A DNA stretch of 64,000 nt from an uncultured delta proteobacterium (GTDB taxonomy: Bacteria > Desulfobacterota > Binatia > UBA9968). The translations under genes were made by a program, and so were the position numbers. The DNA lies in the NCBI GenBank assembly GCA_963816145.1, contig CAWFJP010000001.1, positions 160,001 to 224,000 on the forward strand, written 5' to 3'. Shown piece after piece: positions 29,524-38,849 of the stretch. Below the pieces are notes generated by a model. The model saw only the letters and a program-made list of their open reading frames with translations. It did not search any database and had not been told where the DNA came from. Numbering within the stretch: position 1 is the stretch's first letter; each line of letters starts with the position of its first letter.

Positions 29524-30666
29524 GTGAAGCGGTGGAAGGTGAGGCGCAACCTATTTGCCCATCTTGGATTGGTGCTGATGGGCCTGGTGATCAGTGTGTT
29601 GCTGGCCGCGCTCGGCATAGAGGTTACGCTGCGCGTGACGGACGCCGTGCGCGAGGTCGAAGAGCCCCTCTCCGGCTCGCACCAGAGCGATGCGTATCTC
29701 GGCTGGAGTGGCAAACCCAACCTGCGCCTGCGTTTCCGCCGCGCCGAGTTCGACGCGCTGGTGCAGCATGATGCGGAGGGCTGGCGCCGGCCGAAGCCGC
29801 CGCGGCCGGCTGCGCCCACCTCACGCATCCTAGTTCTGGGGGACTCCTTCACCTGGGGCTGGGGTGTCAGCCAGGGACAGGTGTTCACCGACCTGCTGCA
29901 GGCCGGTCTGCCCGCCACAGTCGCCGTGTACAACCGCGGTGTCCCCGGCTTTGGTACCGCGCAGGAATACCTGGTGCTGCAGCGGGAGTTGGCCGCGCGA
30001 ACGTACGATGCGGTGGTGCTGCTGTTCTACATGAACGACTTGTCCGACAATATCAGCGCTAGGCAAGGTCGTCGGCCCTACTTCGAGCTGGTCGATGGGG
30101 AGCTGCGCCCGCGCAACCAACCCGCCTTGCCGGTGATCAATCCGATGAAGCAGTTCCTCAGGGAGCGCAGCCGCGCATACGCGTTCGTCGAGTTCAGGGT
30201 GGAGTTGCTGAGGCGCCGCTTCTTCCGCGAGGCGAACGACGACCGCGAGTACCGGACGGCGGCAGCGGTCGACTTCCACGACGTGCCCGGCTACGCCGTC
30301 ACGGCGCGCCTGCTCGGCGAGATACAGCGGCTGGCGCATAAACACGGAGCACGGTTTTTCCTGGTCTACATTCCGCAGCGCAGCGAGATCGAGCTCGACG
30401 CCCCGTTTCCCTATGTCCGCAGCATCCACGCGATGGTCGACGACATCGCGCGCCGCGAAAACATCCCGCTGATCGACCTCTCACCGCCGTTCCATCAGCA
30501 CACCAAGGCCGGGGAACAGCTCATCTACCCCATCGACGCGCATTGGACTCCAGCCGGGCACCGGGTGGCCGCTGCTGCACTGCTGGAGTCACCGATCTTT
30601 CAGCCGCTCCGCGATGCTAGCGCAAGCGCGCGGCGCGGCCCGGGCCTGGCTGGCCGCCGTCGGTGA
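29524..30666 (+). CDS. Membrane-anchored SGNH/GDSL protein
   Basis: N-terminal TM ending EVTLR, LGDSFT, MND, DAHWTPAGH. Confidence 0.82.
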   Translation: MKRWKVRRNLFAHLGLVLMGLVISVLLAALGIEVTLRVTDAVREVEEPLSGSHQSDAYLGWSGKPNLRLRFRRAEFDALVQHDAEGWRRPKPPRPAAPTSRILVLGDSFTWGWGVSQGQVFTDLLQAGLPATVAVYNRGVPGFGTAQEYLVLQRELAARTYDAVVLLFYMNDLSDNISARQGRRPYFELVDGELRPRNQPALPVINPMKQFLRERSRAYAFVEFRVELLRRRFFREANDDREYRTAAAVDFHDVPGYAVTARLLGEIQRLAHKHGARFFLVYIPQRSEIELDAPFPYVRSIHAMVDDIARRENIPLIDLSPPFHQHTKAGEQLIYPIDAHWTPAGHRVAAAALLESPIFQPLRDASASARRGPGLAGRRR

Positions 30667-30696
30667 CGGGGTGCGCGCCGAGGGGTGATCGTCGTC

Positions 30697-31782
30697 CTAC
30701 GCACGTGGCCGCTTGGCTTGTCCCCATATCCGCGCGCCGCTTGTGAAATCACGCGGCTTGCGCGCCACCGTTAAAGACCTCCAGAGCGAGGAAAGGCGGA
30801 TATGCGACAGGGTCTGCCGACACAGCGCGGACCGCCAAAACCGCCACCAAACATTCCATCTTCTATCGCTCGCTGTATGCCAGCATACTTTGAACCAGAG
30901 GCGACCAAGCAATTGCGAGAACGCCGGCTCAGGATAGCAGCCTGCCCGGTGATTCGCCGCCTGCAGGCGCAACAACCAGGTCTCTGCCCATTCAAGATAA
31001 TTAAGATCCGGTCTGAACCCTCGTTTCCGCATGCTGCGCAACAACAAGTGACGATTCAGGTCGGAATCAGTAAACGAAACTCCGAGGAGGTGGAGTTGCT
31101 CTGCATAGATAGCCAATCGTCGCTCTGGCGCCCGATCGGCCTTTTCTTGGCTAAGCTGGTTAGCGTGCATCCGACGACGCACCAAGACTTCAGGCAAAGT
31201 GGCGAGCTTGTGATTTGCAGCGATACGCGACCAGAGGTCGAAATCCTCACTGACATCAAATTCCTCTCGATGCCTGTACGCACGCAGCACAACGGTGCGG
31301 GCCATACTGGTGGAATTCTCAATTCCTTGTTGGAAGAGCCGCCACGCTGCGATCTCCTCTGGTGAGGTAGGTTTGCGCTTAATCCTGCCCGACGGGTATC
31401 CTGCTTCGCTCATCCACTCGATCCAAGATCCTACTGCCGCATAATCTGGGTGGCTATCAAGAAAGGCGGTCTGCTTAGCAAGCCGCTCGGGACACGCCCA
31501 ATCGTCGCTGTCCAAAAACGCCAGATACTCGCCGCGCGCGAGTTCAATACCTTTGTTGCGGGTCGGCGACACACCGAGATTGGTATCGTTACACACTAGA
31601 CGAATGCGAGGATCGCCATAGGATCGGACAACGGCTATGCTTCCGTCGTTCGATCCGTCATCGATAACGAGCAGTTCGAAATCAGGAAATGTCTGAGACA
31701 ATATGCTGTCGACTGCAATACCCAAGTACTTTTCCCGATTATAAACCGGAATGACGACAGTGACCTTAGGGGATTCAGTCAT
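30697..31782 (-). CDS. Glycosyltransferase family 2
   Basis: VIPVYN, IDDGSND, FLDSDD, SEDFDLW. Confidence 0.92.
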   Translation of the reverse strand: MTESPKVTVVIPVYNREKYLGIAVDSILSQTFPDFELLVIDDGSNDGSIAVVRSYGDPRIRLVCNDTNLGVSPTRNKGIELARGEYLAFLDSDDWACPERLAKQTAFLDSHPDYAAVGSWIEWMSEAGYPSGRIKRKPTSPEEIAAWRLFQQGIENSTSMARTVVLRAYRHREEFDVSEDFDLWSRIAANHKLATLPEVLVRRRMHANQLSQEKADRAPERRLAIYAEQLHLLGVSFTDSDLNRHLLLRSMRKRGFRPDLNYLEWAETWLLRLQAANHRAGCYPEPAFSQLLGRLWFKVCWHTASDRRWNVWWRFWRSALCRQTLSHIRLSSLWRSLTVARKPRDFTSGARIWGQAKRPRA

Positions 31783-31857
31783 GTCGAGTACCTATCCATT
31801 CGCATCTCGCACCGAAAGGCTGACGAATTGACGCTGGGCGCAAAAGTCACGCCGTTT

Positions 31858-32574
31858 TTACTCATAGCCCCTTGACGGTTCACCAAAAAAGCGACGCACA
31901 CGGTCAACCATTGTGTTCTGATTCATAACGACAATGAAAACCTTGCGCATATGACCTGGCGGGCAGGTGAGTGCCCGCACGCCATGCCATGACCTTTGGG
32001 TTGTGAAGAACAACAGGCTTCGGTTCCCCTGGGCTTCCGCAGGAAACATCTGTTTGAAGTCCTCAAAGTGAGGAGCCGAGTTGTAGGGAAACTTTCCTCC
32101 ATCGTCGAGAATCACTGTTTCTCCCCCCCAGGCAGGGTCCCAGTCTTGGCTCGTATTAAAGTAAAAAATGTGAGAGCCGAGTTTTCGCCGCGCATCGCAA
32201 TGGGGAGAAACAGAGCAACCGCTCGGCGTGTAGTGCCAGTGGAAGAGCAGCTCGAACGAGCGGTTTCCGGTGAGCCGAGAGACAATACTTTGGTAGTCTC
32301 CCCCTCTGAGTTCTGCAATGAACTCCTTCCACGGCGGGGCGATATCCAGACCATCATGATATTCAAGAGTGAAACGATCATGGCTCTGCTGTTGATATCG
32401 ACGTTCCACTCCAAATTGGGGGCTGAACAGAGTCAGAGGGGGGAGGCTTTCGCGCAGAAGCTGAAATCCCTCTTCTGTCAATATTCCTTGAGGATTAATC
32501 CAGGGGTAGGGCTTCTGCGACCGCAATGCGACCGAATCAATAGCCCGGAGCTGTTCCAAGTCAAGATACTTCAT
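31858..32574 (-). CDS. 2OG-Fe(II) oxygenase
   Basis: SPHCD (HxD), WDPAWGG, SWHGV, RKVF. Confidence 0.8.
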   Translation of the reverse strand: MKYLDLEQLRAIDSVALRSQKPYPWINPQGILTEEGFQLLRESLPPLTLFSPQFGVERRYQQQSHDRFTLEYHDGLDIAPPWKEFIAELRGGDYQSIVSRLTGNRSFELLFHWHYTPSGCSVSPHCDARRKLGSHIFYFNTSQDWDPAWGGETVILDDGGKFPYNSAPHFEDFKQMFPAEAQGNRSLLFFTTQRSWHGVRALTCPPGHMRKVFIVVMNQNTMVDRVRRFFGEPSRGYE

Positions 32575-32599
32575 CACCGATTCCTTCACTGTTCTACCA

Positions 32600-35002
32600 T
32601 TATTGTGACTTCGGAGCATAGGTCACGGGCACCCCTTGGGATTTTCCCATTCCCATGAGTGTTTGTACCCGCTGAACAATTTCTTCGACTTCTTGGAGTC
32701 CTGGAGACTTCGTCATGTCCAAGGGCTCACCGAAAAAACGAGCAATCCCCCGTTGTATCAAGGTTTGGTGTAACACACCGAGGTCCGGCTGCGGCAGGAC
32801 GACACCACGCTCGACTAGTCGGGCACACAGATATTCCAGGCCTTGCTGCGGACGCACCGTTCCGCGCACGTTCATTCGCTGTAACGAGGAGCGGGCGACG
32901 ATCCATTCTTTCAGTCGGGTCCACCGGTCGAGCTGTTGCTTGGGAAGGGGATAAATATAGACTGGTTTCCCAGTGGCTGCTGCTTCCGCCAGCATCGATT
33001 CGCTTTCTCCGGTCACAATCAGGATGTCTGCTAAAGCCAGGTAGGCGAGATAAGGATTTTCTGATCGATCCGGTTGCCACTCGTACAGATGACAAGAATC
33101 ACCGAGTCCTTTCGTCAATGCCGCCGTGGCTTGTGATCCCGTGCGGCGGCTCGTCGTGGCAAAGACCGCACCTCTCGTGGCTTCAGCGAAGGCACGGACC
33201 TCTACACCTAGACGGTACGCCGTTTCCTCATCGAAACGGCATGCGTACGAGGCCCCCCCCACCAACAGAGCAATACGCGGGCGTGGCGTATTTGCCAATA
33301 AGTCATGCCAGCGCTCGGCAGTCTGCCAGAGTTGTTCCGAAGAGACTTCAGTGAGCGGGACGACGGTTTCGATCCGCCGAGAATGAGGCGGCAAGCGAAA
33401 GTACCGGCAACTAATCGCAAGATCGTACAGATGCGCGACATGGGTGCCTTTGCGCCCCATTTGCACAAGGCGCGTATGATCGTGGCTTTGTTTTTTGATC
33501 CAACGTGCGATGTGGGCAGTACGCCACCCGGTGGTAATAACCAGGTCAGGCCAGGGCCGAGTGAGCACAGCCGACTGCGTTCGTTTGAGACCAAGCTGCG
33601 TTGCGCCGAAGTATCCGAACAGGAAGTCGTGGAGATGTATGCGCCAGGTAAAATGCAGTTCTTTGACTTCGTATGGCCAACCCAAGGCTTTGGCAAGACC
33701 GAGAGACTGTGTGGTGTTTCCCGGGTGATCGTCCGTCAGTACCCACACACTGGGATTGCCGTTAAAGCGGCGGCCTCCTGCGCATGACTGAGTGACTTGT
33801 CGTCCCCAGCGATTGCGCGTATGCACGATGAGCTGCCAGTGTCTCCCTGGGTGACGGCAACTCGCAGCTTCAAGCTGTGCCGCCCACCAGGACTCTGGGC
33901 GCGGGCAATGAGAAACCTGTATTCCGTGACCTGGCACGCTCGTCCGTCTAGCCGTTGTGACGGTTACCGCCACCTTGCGGCGAGCAGAGCGGAACAACTC
34001 ATCAAGGACCCACGGTACATCCTCGTCTGGCAAACAATCCAAGACCTCGGTGGAGACGATGTCGGCAATCGGTTTCTTGGAACGGCCTGTCTCCGACAGC
34101 AAAACAAGGTCATACCAGGAAACGTTTTGCTGCTCAGGCGCCGACAGATGCTCCTTGGCTGGGTGCTCCTCTGGCGTATGCGTGGATTCGTCGGCCTGAC
34201 GAATCTGCGTGCATAACATTTTGTACTCCTGGCTTGGGTGCGCGGCAGTGAAGACTCGATACGCGGCGGCGTCTGCAGCACGCTCCAGGGCAAACCATAC
34301 CTCGCCGGCAGGGTTGTGCTGGTAGGCATAGCGATCCGGCGTTGGCTGCCAGGGTTGCATATGGATGGCGGTGTAATGCAGGAGCTTCGAGTGATGAGGG
34401 ACATATTCTGTATCACGCGCGTGCCACACTGGGTCGAGTCGTCCATACAAGCCAGGTATTGCCCGTGCCTTCCCCTCCATGAAACCTCTGCGCTGGCTTT
34501 GGGCTTCCGCAAGAGTCCATACAGAAGCCATCCGGGCGCAATCGATCAACATGACTGCTGTATCGTGATCGGAGAGGGCCAGAAAACCGTGGTCTCCGAG
34601 ATCCGCATCAAACAATTCTCCCGGATCGCCAAGGTACACTTGATCAACATCGTTATAGATGGCTTTCCCGAATCCGCCGGCAAAATCCGGAATCGCGAGC
34701 CGATAATTGGTGAAGCCCGTGAGCCACCCTCGTCGGTCGAATCCGACTAAATCTTTCATGAGATAAATCTCATAGATCCGGCTCGGGTCGCGGACTTGTT
34801 CGATCGACCAGAAAAAGACCCGCTCGGCGCGATACTGTGCGGGTTCGGTACCGACAAAGATACGGACCGGCGGTTTTGGACTCGGGGCTACACCCTCCCG
34901 TACGCCTAAGACAACACACTCAGGCTGTGCACGTATGCCTGGTGGACGAGCCACTCTACGGGATTTCTCTAGCAAGGCCATCGTGTCTACGTTCGCGGTC
35001 AA
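32600..35002 (-). CDS. GT8-like glycosyltransferase fused to ELM1/GtrOC1 domain
   Basis: N-term RIFVG, TGFTNYR, IYNDVDQ, LLHYT; C-term HPGNTTQ, PWPDLVI, TSRRT, NPYLAYLALAD..ESESMLAEA. Confidence 0.8.
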   Translation of the reverse strand: MTANVDTMALLEKSRRVARPPGIRAQPECVVLGVREGVAPSPKPPVRIFVGTEPAQYRAERVFFWSIEQVRDPSRIYEIYLMKDLVGFDRRGWLTGFTNYRLAIPDFAGGFGKAIYNDVDQVYLGDPGELFDADLGDHGFLALSDHDTAVMLIDCARMASVWTLAEAQSQRRGFMEGKARAIPGLYGRLDPVWHARDTEYVPHHSKLLHYTAIHMQPWQPTPDRYAYQHNPAGEVWFALERAADAAAYRVFTAAHPSQEYKMLCTQIRQADESTHTPEEHPAKEHLSAPEQQNVSWYDLVLLSETGRSKKPIADIVSTEVLDCLPDEDVPWVLDELFRSARRKVAVTVTTARRTSVPGHGIQVSHCPRPESWWAAQLEAASCRHPGRHWQLIVHTRNRWGRQVTQSCAGGRRFNGNPSVWVLTDDHPGNTTQSLGLAKALGWPYEVKELHFTWRIHLHDFLFGYFGATQLGLKRTQSAVLTRPWPDLVITTGWRTAHIARWIKKQSHDHTRLVQMGRKGTHVAHLYDLAISCRYFRLPPHSRRIETVVPLTEVSSEQLWQTAERWHDLLANTPRPRIALLVGGASYACRFDEETAYRLGVEVRAFAEATRGAVFATTSRRTGSQATAALTKGLGDSCHLYEWQPDRSENPYLAYLALADILIVTGESESMLAEAAATGKPVYIYPLPKQQLDRWTRLKEWIVARSSLQRMNVRGTVRPQQGLEYLCARLVERGVVLPQPDLGVLHQTLIQRGIARFFGEPLDMTKSPGLQEVEEIVQRVQTLMGMGKSQGVPVTYAPKSQ

Positions 35003-35011
35003 ACAGTCGCT

Positions 35012-36493
35012 TCAGGCAACTGTGGCTGGCGCGCTGGCGGGTGGGTGGCGAAATTTTAAAACGGTAAAAAAATACGACGCGCCCAGCGGCCACGCATAGG
35101 CAACCAGCATCCAGAAGAGGACCGATTTGTTGCCGAGGAAGCTTGCGAGAAAAATGTAAAACGTACGAATGTCGCCTTTCGTAAACGGCTGAATTCTCCG
35201 AAACACAGCGAACCAACGGGTCTCCGCCTGCGTTTTCAAAAAGTCGACGCCCATGGCTTGGATGCTCACGTATCCCGCTCGCCGCAAAAAACGACTGTGA
35301 TAAACGACGGCGCTCCCATACCATGCGGCGGTTGCCAACGCGACAACAAGATACCCCAGATCGCGATGCGATTCGCGATAACACGCGATGGTCAAAAATA
35401 CAAACGGAAGCGCGAAGCGCAGGTCGTCAATGAGCATATCGAACCGTGCTCCGGCTTCCGATTCATAATTGCGGATGCGTGCGACCTCACCATCACACCG
35501 GTCTAACACCCCGGCAGAAAACTGCCACACAACGGCAAACACGAGCATTGCCCAGTACTGCGGGATGAGCAGAAAAGCGGAGGCGAAGAGGAATAGGCCG
35601 AGTTCCAGGATGCTAATCGCGTTTGGGCTGAAGCCAAAACGCACAAATAAGAACGTCAAGGGTTTGGAGAGGTGGGAGTTGACCAGTTTGGAAAATTCCC
35701 CACTAATTTCTTTGAAAGCAATACGCCAAAAAAATTCAGTCCGGTCCTCTTGCGATTCTCTTCCAGTAACCGGCAGCCACCAAACATTTTCGACGAACCC
35801 CAGCCTGAGGAGTTGCTGCTTGCGCCAGTGGTGGATCAGATCAGCAACATTGCTCCATGAAAGGTGTTCCAAATGAACGCGATGACAAACAACCACGTCG
35901 GTGCTGAAGACGCCATTGGAGAGGGTGGAAGAGACTTCTACCGGATCAGCAGGTCCGACATCGAAGCTGTTGCTCTGGAAAACGGTTTTATCGAGCGCAA
36001 TCTTGGTAAAGGACTCGGGATGGGCAAAGATCACTTTGAATTTGTCCGGGAATGCACTCTCGAAAGCGACCTTCCCTTCATTTAACCACACATTTTTATA
36101 GACAGCGAGCACCGGTTTTGGTGATGCGGCAAATTGGGCCAGCTGCGCAAAAAATGTCGGATGGACAACTTTATCTGTTTCGAACAGCAAAAAAGACGTA
36201 TCCCATGGTTCGGCGAGACGGGACACTACCTCAGAAAGTGTCTCACCGGTACGGATCGGACAAATATCAAAATCCAGCGCAAGTCGGGTTCGTGCCTTCC
36301 CGATTAGCGCAACAATCGTTTCACGGTCTTCCTCATGACTAACGATCCCTACGGATCGTATCCCTGCCTTTGACAGAGCAACCAGAGCGCGGGTCAACAG
36401 GGGTTCCCCACCGTACACCGCGTCATACGTTGCCTTGGTAGGTGCCGTATTCAGAGCCAAAAGAACGACCTTTGTGATGCCTGCCACTGCCAT
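35012..36493 (-). CDS. CDP-alcohol phosphotransferase with N-terminal nucleotidyltransferase-like domain
   Basis: SPNAIS and LDRCDGEVAR...GARFDMLIDD signature; N-terminal domain degenerate. Confidence 0.8.
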   Translation of the reverse strand: MAVAGITKVVLLALNTAPTKATYDAVYGGEPLLTRALVALSKAGIRSVGIVSHEEDRETIVALIGKARTRLALDFDICPIRTGETLSEVVSRLAEPWDTSFLLFETDKVVHPTFFAQLAQFAASPKPVLAVYKNVWLNEGKVAFESAFPDKFKVIFAHPESFTKIALDKTVFQSNSFDVGPADPVEVSSTLSNGVFSTDVVVCHRVHLEHLSWSNVADLIHHWRKQQLLRLGFVENVWWLPVTGRESQEDRTEFFWRIAFKEISGEFSKLVNSHLSKPLTFLFVRFGFSPNAISILELGLFLFASAFLLIPQYWAMLVFAVVWQFSAGVLDRCDGEVARIRNYESEAGARFDMLIDDLRFALPFVFLTIACYRESHRDLGYLVVALATAAWYGSAVVYHSRFLRRAGYVSIQAMGVDFLKTQAETRWFAVFRRIQPFTKGDIRTFYIFLASFLGNKSVLFWMLVAYAWPLGASYFFTVLKFRHPPASAPATVA

Positions 36494-36513
36494 CCGCGAA
36501 ACGCTCCGTTATG

Positions 36514-37245
36514 TCACACTAGTTTTCTTGAAACGCCAGGTCGATAAGATTGCGGCCGCAAGGGATTCCCTTTGGGAGGATCTTGAATATTAAGTTCTCT
36601 CATCCTTAAAAAGGTAAATCCCAGGAAATAGAGAAAAAAGGCTATGGCAATACACAACACGATAGCGTCAAAAGAGAAAATGCTTACGCTACCCAGATTA
36701 ATCAACGGATTGGTGCCGAAATAGAATATGGCGTTCACGCCGAGAAGAAACACGCGAACTTCTGTGGGGCCGATTTTGCCGTAAGAAATTTTGTACACTC
36801 CGGATACGGCGGTGTTGATATTCGTTAAAACCCCAAGGTGCAAATAACCGACGAGCGCTAGAAGCGCGAAGTTGAAGTGGACAAACGGAGATAATCCCAG
36901 GCCGAGAAAAAATATGGTTTGCGTTGTGATATCAACAGTATGATCGACGAAATAACCGTATTGGAATCGTTCGATTTTGCGGTATCGTGCCAATGAGCCA
37001 TCGAGACTATCTCCGAACCAATTGATCAGAAGGCCAAGATCAACGATCCATAGAAAATTTTTATTCGCATTGCACAACCAGAACCCAATCGCCATGACTA
37101 CCCCGCCAATCAAGCCAACCCCAGTGAGTATGTCGGGAGTCATCCAGGCAGGCATGTGTTTACATAGCCACTGCAACGCAGTTCGTTCCAGCGGCGCGAG
37201 GAAAGTGTCGTTGACACGAACGTCGGCTGTCTTGGAGGTATCCAT
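36514..37245 (-). CDS. CDP-alcohol phosphatidyltransferase
   Basis: TPDILT, GDSLDGSLAR...GYFVDHTVD, GPTE. Confidence 0.88.
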   Translation of the reverse strand: MDTSKTADVRVNDTFLAPLERTALQWLCKHMPAWMTPDILTGVGLIGGVVMAIGFWLCNANKNFLWIVDLGLLINWFGDSLDGSLARYRKIERFQYGYFVDHTVDITTQTIFFLGLGLSPFVHFNFALLALVGYLHLGVLTNINTAVSGVYKISYGKIGPTEVRVFLLGVNAIFYFGTNPLINLGSVSIFSFDAIVLCIAIAFFLYFLGFTFLRMRELNIQDPPKGNPLRPQSYRPGVSRKLV

Positions 37246-37311
37246 CAGCGTTCTCTTTTATCACAAAATCGAGTAACTCAAGCTGTTTTTCTTGCAACCG
37301 CAGTTCGCTAC

Positions 37312-38451
37312 TCAGACTGCTTTTTCATAAATACGGTAGCGTTTATACGGGATGCCACCGATCATCGTGAGCATATTCCGCATCGGCATGTTATCTTCCA
37401 GAATCCAGGACAGTTCAACTTCCTGAACTCCGCGCCTGATTCCATAGCCGCGCACGGCATCGATAAGCAGGAACCCCAGCGCGGCTCCAAGCGGGCTTCG
37501 CTGAAAACGTTTGCGCACTCCCATCAGGACAACGCGAGCCGTTTTCGGAGATTTCACTTTCAGCCGCCACAAGAGCTTGAGCCAGCCAAATGGAAGCAAA
37601 CGTCCCTGCAGGTCTCGTATCACTTCATTTAAGTTCGGCAAGGCTACGATCATCGCGGCCGGCACGCCGTCCACTTCCGCTATTTGCACGGCATCGTCAT
37701 CGACTAGCAGTCGCAAGCTGTAGCCTAGATGCCGAACCTCGTCTTTGCTGAATGGAATGAATCCCCAGTTGGTAGACCAGGCATCCTCGAAAATGTCCTT
37801 AATAATTTCGAGGTCCTCATTTAACCGTGATCTGCGCAGTGGCCTGACCCGCGCGCGGCCAGCGGCTTTGTTCATAACGGCCTTCATGATCTCGGGGGGG
37901 GTGAATTGGGCGGAGAGACGATAGGCCAGCAAGTCTTTTACGCCCTGGTATCCCTCGGCTGTCAGCCGAGCGGCATAGTACGGGCGGGAGTGGCCCATCA
38001 TAATCATTGGGGGGGTGTCGTAACCGTCCACAAGAAGCCCGCACTCCTGGTTGATGGAAAAGTTGAACGGGCCGCGAACTCGCAACATGCCCTGGTCACG
38101 CAGCCAGCCTTCAGCCGTGCTCAACAGTTCGTGAAACGTCCCCGCCTCATTCTCGGCCTCGAGGAACCCAAAAAAACCGGTGGCATCCCGATACCTCTCT
38201 TCGTGCAATTCATCAATTTGGGCGCTGATCCGACCGACTGGCCTGCTCCCGCGGTAGGCAAGCCAAAAACAGCAGCGCGCGTGCGTGAAGTATGGGTTGC
38301 GGGGAGAAAAGTGCTCGCGTCGCTCTAGCAACAAATGCGGGACCCATGTTGGGTCGTCGGCATAGACCGACCAAGGCACGCGAATGAACCGGCGCATGTC
38401 GCGGGAGTTACGTACCGGCACGATTCTTATCGATTCGACAGCGGGACGCAC
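37312..38451 (-). CDS. GNAT N-acyltransferase, bacterial ceramide synthase (bCerS)-like
   Basis: VGRISAQID, RGPFNFSINQECGLLVDG, NWGFIPF, ELSWILEDN. Confidence 0.8.
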   Translation of the reverse strand: MRPAVESIRIVPVRNSRDMRRFIRVPWSVYADDPTWVPHLLLERREHFSPRNPYFTHARCCFWLAYRGSRPVGRISAQIDELHEERYRDATGFFGFLEAENEAGTFHELLSTAEGWLRDQGMLRVRGPFNFSINQECGLLVDGYDTPPMIMMGHSRPYYAARLTAEGYQGVKDLLAYRLSAQFTPPEIMKAVMNKAAGRARVRPLRRSRLNEDLEIIKDIFEDAWSTNWGFIPFSKDEVRHLGYSLRLLVDDDAVQIAEVDGVPAAMIVALPNLNEVIRDLQGRLLPFGWLKLLWRLKVKSPKTARVVLMGVRKRFQRSPLGAALGFLLIDAVRGYGIRRGVQEVELSWILEDNMPMRNMLTMIGGIPYKRYRIYEKAV

Positions 38452-38849
38452 GGCAGGAGCTTACTCGCCGGAACCCGAGCCGGCAAGCGCTGAGACGCAA
38501 CCGGGACTACAACCCACAGCTCCTTCCGATCGGCGAAATTACAACCTCCACATCCTCTAAATTTTTTTCTTGTAACATCGTTTTCATCTTCGTTCAAGTA
38601 AACCTGGTAAACGATAAACCACGTAACGTCCCAATTTTGGGCGGCGACGCTGGAAATATTGAGACAGACGCATCCCAATTCCACTCAGTGGTCATAATAG
38701 ATTTACGTCAGATATCCTCGCGCTCATTAGGCACACAATGTCTCGCCCCATCGATAATTCGACAGTGCCCTTTGTTTAGAAATCGCGCGTCGTGCCGTTG
38801 ACGGACAACCGTCAAATGTGTCAAAACTGCCGACAGGCTCACAAATAGT

